The notes beneath the pieces were generated by a model. It saw nothing but the letters and a program-made list of their open reading frames with translations, was not told where the DNA came from and did not search any database. Position numbers and translations under genes: made by a program. Below, piece by piece: positions 13,612 through 25,409 of a stretch of DNA of 64,000 nt. Source of the stretch: Malacoraja senta (lineage: Eukaryota); the NCBI GenBank assembly GCA_038087875.1, contig CM075993.1:9488001-9552000 (forward strand), given 5' to 3'. The first letter of the stretch is position 1, and each line of letters opens with the position of its first letter.

Positions 13612-14325
13612 TGTTCACTGGAATTTAGAAGGATGAGAGGGGATCTTATGGAAACATATAAAGTTCTTAAGTGATTGGACAGGCTAGATGCAGGAAAAAT
13701 GTTCCCGATGTTGGGAGGAGTCCAGAACCCAGGGGTCATAGTTAAGCCATTAAGGACTGAGATGAGGAAAAACCTTTTCACTTGGAGAGTTGTGAATCTG
13801 TGGAATTCTCTGACACAGAAGGCAGTGGAGGCCAATTCACTGGATGTATTCAAGAGAGAGTTAGATATATCTTCTGAATCTTCTGAATTTTGTCGTTGGC
13901 AGGGCAGTACTCTGCATATCGCCATCTTGGACAATTTTACATTGTTATCAAGCCAATTAATCAAGCCAATTAACCTACAAACCTGTACGTCTTTGGAGTG
14001 TAGGAGGAAAACGAAGATCTCGTAGAAAACCCACGGGGAGAACGTACAAACTCCATACAGACAGCACCCGTAGTCGGTATCGAACCCGGGTCTCTGACGC
14101 TGCATTTTGCTGTAAGGCAGTAACACTACCGCTGTGCCACCGTGACTGCTAGTTAAGAATGGTATGCCTATATTAAGCTCTTGGGGCTAATGGAATCAAG
14201 GAAGATGGGGAGAAAACAGGAACGGGGTACTGATTTTGGATGATCAGCCACGATCATATTGAATGGCGGTGCTGGTTCGAAGGGCCAAATGGCCTACTCC
14301 TACACCTATTTTCTATGTTTCTATG
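13612..14325 (+). mobile_element. CR1 3' fragment interrupted by a partial HE1 SINE (~13930-14147, minus)
   Basis: CR1 C-terminal motif RVVNLWNSL. 3'UTR resumes at ~14177. Confidence 0.8.
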
Positions 14326-15927
14326 TTAATATTACACTACCTCTAGTTAACCTGGCTTCTGTTTAAATAAGAGTGATTCAAAAGAGATTCTATTTTTTCT
14401 CCGTGCGGTATTGTTCTCACTTGATAGAATTGTGTTGTGAATCAGTTTCTAGATTTGAATTATCTTTGTAAATCTAGCTTTCATTAAACCATTTAGCAAT
14501 TTTGCTCTGGCTTTTCAAATTAAAGTCAATTAAATGGTTTCCCGTCTAAAGTGTTTATGCTCCTATCATTAGACATTAAGTGTCAACTTGGCATCATTAA
14601 TTTGTTCCACATGAATTTGCTGTGCTTCAAAACAGAACACATTGCCTGCAGATCACTTGTTTTTCTAGCACATATCACACAATTATTGATCTAACTCGAA
14701 GAAAGTGACAGTAGACAAAAGTGCTGGAGAAACTCAGCGGGTGCGGCAGCATCTATGGAGCGAATGAAATAGGCAATTTTTCTGGCCGAAACCCTTCTTC
14801 AGACTGAAGTGACCCCAGGAATCATTTTCAGAAATAGGAGCCTGTGGGAATCCATTCACTGTTTATATTTGTTTTTCTACATCAGTGGCACACCTAATGA
14901 TGTACTAATTGCACAAAGCCTTTTTCCATCTGTACGTCATAATTTGGAGCTAATGGCTGAAACTATAACTCATGTTGAACAATCACATTAAAATCTGAGG
15001 GGATCTTGTGAATGTAAATAAGTTTAATTAAATTTGATATTTAAATACATTTTTCAAAACAATGAAGTTGAAAAAGCACATGACAGACAAAATGTACTGC
15101 TGACATCAAGAGATTTGACTTGGCAGTCTCAGAACTCACACACATCTTCAAAAATACACAGTATGCACCAACTTGTGCTTTCTCCTGCTTTGTGCTGAGG
15201 AGACGTTTAATGAGTAGGTGCATCAGAGCGATACCGAGGTCAGAACTCCATTACTGGACAGTTACAGCAATGACTAGTTATATAGGTGAGTTAGTGACCA
15301 AGTACTGGACAAGTCCATCTATGTAATCTCTATTGCCAGAGAGTGTTCAGAAACAGCACGTTCTATCTAGATGGAAAATGAACCGCAGCTGTTGGAAACC
15401 TGAAATAAAAACTGTATATCTAGAAACACTCAGCAGATCAGGCAGCATCTATGGAGACAGAAACAGTTAGCATTTCAGGTGGCAAGTTCAATGTCATATA
15501 TGATAAAGAGAGAAAGCAAATGTTTATATTGCAGAGAAAGGATAAGAACAGGATGGATAAGACAAAGGAAATACTTTTGAAGAAGGGTCTCGACCCGAAA
15601 TGTCACCCATGCCTTCTCTCCAGAGACACTGCCTGTCCCGCTGAGTTACTCCAACATTTTGTGTCTATCTTCAGTTTAAACCAGCATCTGCAGTTCCTTC
15701 CTACACAAAGGGAATACTTTTGATAGTCCAAGATTAGGGTTGCCTTGGTGAAGCCATCTGGTTGACAGGTTAAGAAAGTGAAAAAAACCCAGAAACTGTG
15801 CAATTCAAAGCTGTCAACTCTATTTGTCAACACCTAATTGAAGATAAGCAGGGAAACAGGAAGCACAGGTGCTGAACAAGGTAAAAGATCCAGATAGAAA
15901 TCCCATCACAGAGAGGAGCAAAGCTTC

Positions 15928-16601
15928 TTCTTCTTCTTCTTCTTCTTGTAGGATTCTGGCAGTGTAGACGCTGCTAAGCGTATTACTGCCCTCCACAGGT
16001 CAAAGTTTGAACTGAATTCTTACATACAGTCCTGTAACTTGCAGGAATTGAAGAACAGCCCTGGATATCAGTTGATGTTTCTCATTGTGTCCAAACAAAG
16101 ATAAAACAGAAAAAGCCTCAACTCCAAGTCCTGTCAGTCTAACAAACAATACTTTTCTTTCTACCCTATACTTTTTACATTCTAGGAAAACATGCTTAAC
16201 TGTCTCATTACTCCCACATTCACACAAGCCAGAAACATGTTTCCCTACAATGCACAAATAGTAATTTAACCCACAGTGTCCCAACCTCAATCTACACAGT
16301 TTAACTGAGTCCCTACGGGACAGAGATGTACAGAAACATATTTTCCTAACTTCAGATTGTATAGAAAAGTAGTGTCTACCCCTGACTTCCATTTCCCATC
16401 CTCTCTGCCATTCTTTTGTTAAGCCCTCTTTAATTATTTCTCTCAGTTCCACTCTCCCCAATGATACATGGATATCTATTTCTCTTCTTAAACTCTCCTT
16501 TGCTATGAGGTCCACCTGCTCATTCCCCCTCACCCCAGCATGCCCGGGAACCCAGCAAAAAGTGATGTTACACACAAACCCAATTCTAGAAAACACACTC
16601 A
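15928..16601 (-). mobile_element. 5'-truncated I-group (Nimb-like) LINE 3' end: RNase H C-terminus + CCHC finger
   Basis: Uninterrupted frame with WVPGHAGVRGNEQVD, RLRLGHCGLN and CECGSNETVKHVFLEC. (AAG)n tail and 14-bp TSD AGGAGCAAAGCTTC (15914-15927 / 16602-16615). Confidence 0.85.
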
Positions 16602-17129
16602 AGGAGCAAAGCTTCATGGTTGGCATTCCTTAAAAACAAGTTGCAATGAATGCAACAGTCATTTTTGTCTTAGACAGCTGCAGCTCATTGATGTCAGTAT
16701 ATTGGACAATTATTGCCATCTCATTAAAGCCTAGGTATTCATGGAGGTGAAGCTAATCTGCTAAACTAACAGGAAGCTTTTCAATCAGCAGTGGCTCCAA
16801 ACCTCAGCAGCTGAGCCAAAGCATGAATTTGCACAGATTCAACTCCAAGACATCATTGGTTCATTCACTGAAGCATGTGAGAGAATGGGCTTTATGTTCA
16901 TCTGCAAGATGATGGTCCTCTATCAACCTGCCCCACCGCACCACACTGACTTCTGGTAATAAAAGTTCATGGAGTTGTACTGGAAAATGTGAAGACATCA
17001 CCATATCTCAGGAAGCACCTCATGGTGTGGTGTAGGCAAGTATTAACTGGTGGCAACATTCACCAATGCCTCCAATGAGTCAGCACAGATTTTGTTCTAT
17101 TGAGGAAAAGAGTGTTTGAAGATTAAGAA

Positions 17130-17490
17130 CTCAGACCTTGCTCAAAACCTGTGAACTACCATGCCGCAGTGATCTTACATGCTGCTTTGACGCACCTACA
17201 GCAAGTATTGCAGACCACTGTCCCTGAAAAATCATCCAAATTCACAGGAAGCATGAGTGAGGCAGTATCAGTGTCCACATCCACAACACTGGTGTGACCC
17301 TGGTTACACTAAGTTGGCTACTTTCAGCTGGTCACATGATCAACATTCCCAATACCCAGCTCCTGAAACAGATGCTCTATTCTGGGCTTTGTTTGGGGGA
17401 AGGGGGTACCAAGCAGACGGACAAAAAGATTCCAGGGTGTGTTCAAAGTCTTGAAGAAGTACAACATTCCCACTGAAAAGCCTCTCCTTT
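17130..17490 (+). mobile_element. Old RTE-clade LINE fragment
   Basis: AGHMINIPNTQLLKQMLYSGL resembles the RTE ORF2 C-terminal WAGHV.RM...RLPKQ.LY motif. Confidence 0.6.
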
Positions 17491-17897
17491 AAAAACGTTG
17501 ACATGCCCTCTTGTGTGGAGCCTTCCAGTCTGCTCTGCCAGCCACCTATTCCAGCCAAACGTTGCCAGCAGTAGAGCAATGACGACAGATGATTGAGTGC
17601 ACACGACATTATGCTGTCTGAGATAATCGTGTTGAATAGTTATGAATTAAATGTGATGGGAGCAATGAGGAAGGGGACAGGATGTTGCTGAGTCAGTGGG
17701 TGAGTAAGTAGTCTAGTTCAATAGGAAGAATCATGGTTAACATATGTGTTTGACACAGATCCAGAAATTGGATCCAGAGAGGGTGTGTAGCATATGTAGA
17801 TTGCCAATAATATGGCTTCTTCGAGCAGCTCATAGTCGAGCTCACTAGGATCAACGTAATTCTGGATTTTGTGTTGTGTAATGAACAAGACATGATA

Positions 17898-17951
17898 GGG
17901 GTGGGAGATTGCAACCTTCACGTGGTCCACCCTGTTTCAACAAATGCAATC
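17898..17951 (+). ncRNA. Predicted minimal HDV-like self-cleaving ribozyme (copy 1)
   Basis: P1 GGGGTGG/CCACCCT with G1-U wobble, P2 GATTGCA/TGCAATC, P3 ACC/GGT, L3 TTCACGT, J4/2 CAAA containing the putative catalytic C. Confidence 0.75.
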
Positions 17952-18038
17952 AACCTGGCGTGCACAATCAAATAAGATCAAATAGAACAAGTTGTCCTAC
18001 AACTTTAGGCTGTGCACGCCATACGCAAGAAGAAGAAG
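17898..18038 (+). mobile_element. Short ribozyme-headed non-autonomous retroelement with (AAG)n tail, copy 1
   Basis: TSD AAGACATGAT (17887-17896 / 18039-18048). Inserted in a CR1 relic. Colinear with 24482-24627. Confidence 0.85.
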
Positions 18039-18696
18039 AAGACATGATTAGGGAGCTTAATGAATGTATACTTTATTGTCACAGTGAAATTCTTTGCTTG
18101 CATACCTTGCCAAGGTATGCAATAGTCGCCCATGACGGGCACTTACAAAATTACGCGCCAGTTCCCCCTTTACTCTTCCCCCCCTTCCTCACGGTGGTCC
18201 CCCCCACGCTGGGTCTTCCTTTGTGAAGGAACCCCTGGGAGGCAGCGATCATAATATGATATTATTCAACCTGCAGTTTCAGTGGAAGAAGCTGAAATTT
18301 CAGGAAACTACAGAGGCATGAGGGAGGAGCTGGCTAAAGGGACCCTAAAAGGAATAATGGTGGAGCAGCAATGGCAGGAGTTTCTGGGAGTAATTCAGAA
18401 GACGCGGGAGACAATAGAAGGCAATTACAAATTGCAATAAGGGAAGAAAAGATGAAATATGAAGTTAAGCTAGCCAATAATATAAAGGAGGATACCAAAA
18501 GTGTTTTTAGATTTATAAAGTAAAATAGAGGCAAGAGTGGACATTGGACCGTTGGAAAATGATGCCAGAGAAGCAGTAATGGGGGTGCAAAGAATATGGC
18601 AGATGAACTGAATAATTTTTTTTGTCAGTCTACACAATGGAAGACACTTGCAATGTGCCAGAAATTCAAGTCAGGGGCAGTCACTGTTGCTGAGGA

Positions 18697-19020
18697 GGGC
18701 GGTCACGGTGGCGCAGCGATAGAGTTGCTGCCTAACAGTGAATGCAGCGCCAGAGATCCGGGTTCGATCCCGACTACAGGTGCTGTCTGTATGGAATTTG
18801 TGCGTTCTCCCCGTGACCTGCGTGGGTTTTCTCCGAGATCTTCGGTTTCCTCCCACACTCCAAAGACGTACAGGTTTGTAAGTTAATTGGCTTGGTGTAT
18901 ATGTAAAAATTGTCCTGAGTGGGTGTAGGATAGTGTTAATGTGCGGGGATTGCTGGTTGGCGCGGACCCAGTGGGCCCAAGGGCCTGTTTTTGCGCTGTA
19001 TCTCTAAAACTAAAAACTAA
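18697..19020 (+). mobile_element. HE1-type SINE
   Basis: Full-length head, V-domain and tail with (ctaaaa)n. Confidence 0.88.
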
Positions 19021-22000
19021 GGAGGTGCTTGGGAAGCTGAAATCTGAATATAGATAAATCACCTCAACCAGATGGACTAGGGTTCCCAATGAGGTAGCTG
19101 TTGAGATTACATCTTGAGTTTCCAGAACACTGGAATATTGCAAATGTAACTCCAGAGAGAGAGGCAAAAGAAATAAAATTATAGCCCAGTGAATCTGACT
19201 TCTATGGTCGGTTACATTTTTGTCCATTATTAAGGGTGAGTTTTCAGGGTACTTGTAAGCACATGGTTAAACTAAGCCAGTCTGCATGGTTTTGTTAAGG
19301 GGAGATCTTGCCTACCAAAACTGTTGGAATTTTTTCAAGGAAATGACAAACTGGATAGACAATGGAGAATCAGTGGATGTTGTTTACTTGGATTTTCAGA
19401 AGGCCTTTGATAATGTGCCACACATGAGGCTACTAAACAAGATAGGAGCCTATGGTATTGTAGGGAAGATATTAACATAGATAGAAGAGGTTTCTCAACC
19501 TGAAACGTCACCTATTCTGTTTCTCCAGAGATGCTGTCTGACCCGCTGAGTTACTCCAGCTTTTTGTGTCTATCTTCGGTTTTAACCAGCATCTGCAGTT
19601 CCTTCCTACACACTAGCAATGGATAGAGGATTAGATGATTGGCAGAAGATAAAGAGTGTATTTTTTTAGAGTTTTTTCTTTCTGGTTGGCTGCCAGTGAC
19701 TAGTGGTGTTTCGTAGAAGTCCGCTCATTTTCACGTTATATGTTAATGATCTGGATGATGGAATTGATGGCTTTGTGGCCAAGTTTGTGGATGATGCAAT
19801 GCTGGTGAAGAATTTCCAATAGGTTAATTTGCAGGTTGAGTTGATGGTAAGGAAGGCAAATGAAATGATGTAATGCTGAGACTTTGTAAGGCGCTATTGA
19901 GGCCACATTTAGAATATTGTGAGCAGTTTTTGGCCTCATATTTGAGAAAGGGTGTGCTGGTATTGAGGAGAGAAAGTGGAGGTTTACGAGAATGATCCCG
20001 GGGATTATTGGGTTAATGTATGAGGAGCATATAAAGACTCTAGGCCTGTATTCACTGGAGTTTAGAAGGATGAAGGGAACTCATTGAAACCTAGTGAATA
20101 ATAGAATGGACGTGGAAAGGATGTTTTCCAGAACCAGAGGGCACATCCTCAGAATAAAAGAACATGACTTTAGAATGAAGATGAGGAGGAATTTCTTTAG
20201 CTAGAGGCTGGTGAATCTGTGGAATTCATTGCCACAGTCGGCTATGGAAATCAAGACTGGATATTTTTAACGTGGAGATTGATAGGTTCTTGATTAGTAA
20301 GGATGTCAAAGGTTACGGTGAAAAATCAGGAGAATGGGTTTGAGAAGGAAAAATAAATCAGCCGTGATTAAATGGCGGCATAGACTCAATGGGCCGAATG
20401 GCCTGGTTCTGCTCTTATGTCTTACGGTCTGAAAAACAACGTGTATGTGATGTACCATTAAAAAGCACCACTGAGTGGAGAGGAGAGACAGAGAAGGGAG
20501 TACATTGTTCCTGATGTAGGTTGTTGGCAGGAGAAACAGGAAGAGGAATTGATAGGGATGCAAGAAGAAAAATGGGGTAGGTGTTGATGGTTGATGTTGA
20601 TGTGGATGCAATGTGCCAAAGGGCCTGTTCCCCTCTGTATGAATCTAGTACCTCCTGAGCTTGTCACAACCCTGCCTGGTGAGCCACCTCTAGCCTCTTC
20701 AACACCACCCTCCCAGCTTTGTCCTGGGCAAGCACCTCCTCCCACCCAACTGCAGCCTTGGTGATGGTGCTTTGTGCAGCCTCTAGCTGCAAATGTCTCC
20801 ACTGTGTGTAGGGGACCCTCTGAGCTCACTGTTGGGAGTAAGTTAGGAACTGCTGATGCTGGTTTAAACCGATGATAGACATAAAACACTCAGCGGGACA
20901 GGCAGCATCTCTGGAGAGAAGGGATGGGTGACGTTTTGGGTTGAGACCATTCTTTAGACCAGATTTACTTTTGGTGATTGCTTATCCACCTCCCCAGGAA
21001 CTGAAACATTGTTGTGGAGACATACAGCCTAAAATCAGAACATTTGGCCCAGTGTATCCACACTGACCATCAACCACCCATTTGCACTAATCCCATAAAA
21101 ATAAACATATTTTCCAAGCACCAGACTGTCCCATCTTTGTGCAGGGCTTTCCTGCAGACACTGTACTTCATGCTAAGAACTGACTATACATACACCCAAT
21201 AACTGAATACCCTTTCTAGAGCTGCACAGTAACTGAATGCCTTCTTTGTACCTTCCCTGATATCTCAACATCCTTCTCTCCACTAACCAGTGTCCTTCTG
21301 AAGTAAGCAGATCAAAATAACACACTGTTCAAGATGCAGCATGACTCCTGTGGGGTTGAAAACTAAAGCTTTTGTTATGCATCCTAATAATTTGTTTATT
21401 TTCTTAATAGCCTAGGAACATACTGTGGTTTTAATGATTAAAGCCCATAGTTCCAAAACATCTGCCTGTGGTTTAATGTACTCTGGCAAAGGGTACAGAG
21501 ATTGCATTTATGACCAATAATAGTGTTTGATCTATGAGTAATATTATTTACCACAGATTTAGTGGAACATTTTAATCCCAACATTTTCAGCATTGTTTTC
21601 TGAAGTTAAATCACAAACAGTACACTGCTCAGAATACTCTCCTGACAATTCATTCTTATAAAGTTTTCAATGAGAAGTTAATTTTACATCTGATTGCTTT
21701 TCCTCACGCCCGTCACTAGCTGGAGTTTTGCTGTTACACTTGACCCAGATGGTTGGAGGAGAGTTGAGGTCGTCTACATTTGGTCCTGGGTGCTGTGAAA
21801 CACTTCCATGGGGCCAGCGTGTGACAGTGGTGTAGGTGCCTCTTGGTCCAGGGTCATTAAATGCCCTCTCCCAACTTCATCCCGTGCAGAGCAGAGTTTA
21901 CCAGGAAAGTTAGTAGGGGGAAACATAGAAAATAGGTGCAGGAGGAGGCCATTCGGCCCTTCGAGCCAGCACCGTCATTCATTGTGATCATGGCTGATCG

Positions 22001-22377
22001 TCCCCAATATAGAAACATAGAAAATAGGTGCAGGAGGAGGCCATTCGGCCCTTCGAGCCAGCACTGCCATTCATGGAGTGAGACTGTTCAGTGGGGGGGA
22101 GGGGGGTGGTGACATAGATCCAATTGGAAAAAGGTCTCCTATGCTGCAAGGAAATCTAATAATATATGGTGATGACCAATAGTCTCCACCATGTCTGCTG
22201 CCACGCAAATGCAGAAATAAAATAACACTGAAATGGCCTTATAGTCTATATGGCTGTAGGCAGAAACCATTCTCAGGAAAATGTCCTGGATTAGCACTTG
22301 AAAAATCATCACTTTGAAAGCAATGCCAACCCAAAACACCTATCGATTTTCTGCAGAGATTCTGTCTGACTCACTGA

Positions 22378-23547
22378 AGGGCCTGTCCCACTTGGGCGTA
22401 ATTTGCGCGTAATTTACGCGACACCATTTACGCGTCATGACGCACGCATGGTGCGTGGTGACATAGGCAGTAACGTCGAGGAGGAGCCGCCATCTTGGAG
22501 GAACGGCTGCTAAACAGCAGCCGTCCGTCAAATTCACTCTTTCTTTAGTTTTAGTGTTTTTTATTTCTTTGTTTGTTTGGGGGGTTTTGACTTTTAATGT
22601 GGGGGGGTAAGGGGGAAACTATTTCTAAATCCCTACCTGGTCGGTGAGGCAGCTTTTTCTCCAGGCTGCCTCGTTGACCCGTCCTCGTGGCCTACCAGCG
22701 GGCATGGAGCGCCGTTTCCTGACGGGGACCGCCCAGCACCTTCAGCTTCGGTGGTGGCACAGCGCTGGAGCGCTATCGGAGAGCGTAGCGGGCGATGCCT
22801 TGCCTGGGTCGCCGCGCTGGATCGACGCGCTGGAGCTCCGTTATGCGCTGACCGCCGACACCAACACCTCCGGGCTGCGGGACTGCGGAGCGACCAGCTG
22901 CGGGCGGCGGCGCCGACTCCAACATCGGGAGCCTCGTGGCTCCAAATCGGTGCGGCCCTGTCGGCTTCAGGTGCCATCGACTCCGCTGGGAAACCGGCCG
23001 TTCCAGCCGCTGCGAGGACTCTCCCGACGGCCAGGAACATCGGGCCTCCATAGAGGCAACTGTGGTGGCCTCGATGGGCCTGACTCTGGGGAGAACTGGG
23101 TTGGGGACTGGACATTGTGCCTTCCCCCACAGTGGTAACCATTGTGGGGGGATGATTTCTGTGTGCTGTGCCTGTCAGTCCGTGTACAAGATGGCGGTCG
23201 GAGGGGAGAGTGGACGCTGGCGCGAATTGGTCGCCGCTGCTCTCTCAAATTGTGTTTCTTATTTTCTTTTGGTGCTCTTGAAATTGAATTCTGTCCTTGA
23301 TTTGTGTACTGTGGTGTTTTTATATTTAATTTACTCCGATTATGTGTTTTGTATTTTTTTTTGTTGTGATTCTATGCATTGTAAGGTGTCCTTGGGTTTT
23401 AGAAAGGCGCCAGTAAATAAAATGATTATTATTATTATTATTATTATAACGTGCGGTCGCGCGCAGCGCCCCAGGAGTTTGAGATGTACAAAATCTTTGC
23501 TCGCCATCTGCGTGACACGCAAATGACGCCCAAGTGGGACAGGCCCT
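22378..23547. mobile_element. Harbinger/PIF-like MITE interrupted by a retroelement (22477-23446)
   Basis: 22-bp perfect TIR AGGGCCTGTCCCACTTGGGCGT with TGA/TAA flanks. Inner insertion bounded by TAACGT TSD. Confidence 0.78.
22477..23446 (+). mobile_element. GC-rich non-autonomous retroelement family, copy 2 (composite, (ATT)n tail)
   Basis: Same leader architecture. TAACGT TSD (22471-22476 / 23447-23452). L2-like tail gaaaggcgcc...aataaa(att)n. Confidence 0.72.
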
Positions 23548-24481
23548 TAAGTCACTCCATCACTTTGTCTTATTTTTATACACCAGTTCAGTTTGGTTTA
23601 TTGTCACGTGTACAGAGGTACAGTGAAAAGTTTTTTGTCGCGTGCTAACCAGTCAGCAGAAACACAATACATGATTGTAATCGATCCATTTACAATGTCT
23701 AGATACAGTACACCCTCAGTTCCTTATTTATCCTTTAAATAAGGAGCTATATTGTTCCACCTTTAGTCGGCATGGATAATGAAATGAATTGGCTCCAGTT
23801 CTTTAAATCTTTATGGTCTATTTTATTACAGGGCATTAACAGCCTGACAGAACTCAGAGTTTCCCACGGAGTACTGAATCTCTCTCCAAACATCCACACC
23901 CCTGCACCAAACCCATTATGCTTCTGAATTATTACTAGTGAATATGTAACTTGTGTCAAAATGTGTAGGAAGGAACTGCAGATGCTGGTTTACACCAAAG
24001 ATAGACACAAAATGCTGGAGTAACTCAGCGGGACAGGCAGCATCTCTGGAGAAGGAATGGGTGACGTTTTGGAACTTTTTCAGACTGAGAGTCAGGGGAA
24101 AGGGAAACGAGAGTTATGGACAGTGATGTAGAGAGATTTAGAACAAATGAATGAAAGATATGCAAAAAAGTAACGATGATAAAGGAAACAGGCCATTGTC
24201 AGCTGTTAGCTAGATGAGAAATGGAAGCTGGTGCAACTTGGGTGGGGGAGGGATGGAGAGAAGGAATGCAGGGGTTGCTATCATGTCTATCATGCCAAAA
24301 TGTTGCTTTGCACAGACCACTTTTTGTTGAGTTTTGCCCTTGAGGAAGTTTATTTTCTTTAGACCTGCTGAGTGCACTTCTGCAAACACAGCTCTCGCGG
24401 CTTGGATGGGAACAGTTATTGAACTGTTTTGTTGTTTATTATGGTATCTACTGAGTATTATAGTTTATGGTGCTGCATGTA

Positions 24482-24535
24482 GGGGTGGAAGATTGCAACC
24501 TTCACGTGGTCCGCCCTGTTTCGACTAATGCAATC
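24482..24535 (+). ncRNA. Predicted minimal HDV-like self-cleaving ribozyme (copy 2)
   Basis: P1 GGGGTGG/CCGCCCT, P2 GATTGCA/TGCAATC, P3 ACC/GGT, L3 TTCACGT, minimal P4 GT-TTCG-AC, J4/2 CTAA. Confidence 0.8.
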
Positions 24536-24627
24536 AACTCAACGTGCACAAACAGAAGATCAAATAGAGCAAGTTGTCCTACAACTTTAGGCTGTGCACG
24601 CCACATGAAAAAAGAAGAAGAAGAGAA
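24482..24627 (+). mobile_element. Short ribozyme-headed non-autonomous retroelement with (AAG)n tail, copy 2
   Basis: Perfect 13-bp TSD GGTGCTGCATGTA (24469-24481 / 24628-24640). Same 5' start as copy 1. Confidence 0.88.
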
Positions 24628-25409
24628 GGTGCTGCATGTAAAAATTTCATTGTTCCATTTTGGGGCATATGACAATAAAACACTATTGACACTCTTGCAT
24701 ACCACATGGATTACACACTTCACTACATTCCCCACCTTTTGCAGCCCACGTTATGACTTGTGCAGTACTCATAGGTCTAGTCTACACATGATCCATCATC
24801 AACAGTTGGCCCTGAACTCCTTCATCAGCAGTCATCTCTGGTGCAAAGACTGAAAACAACTGTTTCCTTCCCATTTCTCTGCTTTAAAAACAATGGTATA
24901 TTCAGACATGCTCAGGATCAAAGTCCATCTTTGTATCGTGTAGAAACCTTTTGAGGCCCAAACTTAATTTTAAACTTTAAAATTTAAAGAACAGGGAAAT
25001 CAGGGGTTGGTGATCTGTGTAAATGGTGAAGTGATGCCCACAATTAAGCACATCTCCAGGTCCATAAGTGTCCTTTCTATAATCCAGAACATGGAGATTA
25101 AGGAACAAAAGCCATTCAGTCCATTGTTGAGCTGCAGTGCTCACTGGATGCTCTAATCCACATTCAGTCCGGCTCTTCAATGTAACACTGCACCTGGTGT
25201 CAGGATCACATGTCAGATCTCTATTCATTTCCATGACAACAGTCAACAGTCGTTGGCTCTACCTACGTTAGGTCACAACAGTCACAAAATGCCAGAACAA
25301 CCCAGTGTGTCAGGCAGCATCCCTGGTGAATAGCTATCTTGACTACACTTCATCCCACCCTGCCTCCATAGCTATATTGACTACACTTCTTCCCACCCTG
25401 CTTCCTTTA

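Larger units (their letters stand above)
17640..20430 (+). mobile_element. Long fragmented CR1 relic hosting several later insertions
   Basis: ILDFVLCN, GGSDHNMI, VDVVYLDFQKAFD.VPH, KFVDD and 3'UTR appear in order. Confidence 0.8.

Noticed and set aside
18697..18780. tRNA-like A/B boxes
   Set aside because: These are SINE heads continuing into V-domain and LINE tail, not tRNA genes.
22633..23526. Overlapping 90-196 aa ORFs in GC-rich elements (also 9413-9921, 39473-39962, 53033-53577)
   Set aside because: Expected in GC-rich sequence. Frames are not conserved between copies and contain no recognisable domain.
24990..25045. GHHFTIYTDHQPLISLF Gypsy RNase H motif
   Set aside because: Probably a real relic, but too short to delimit as an element.
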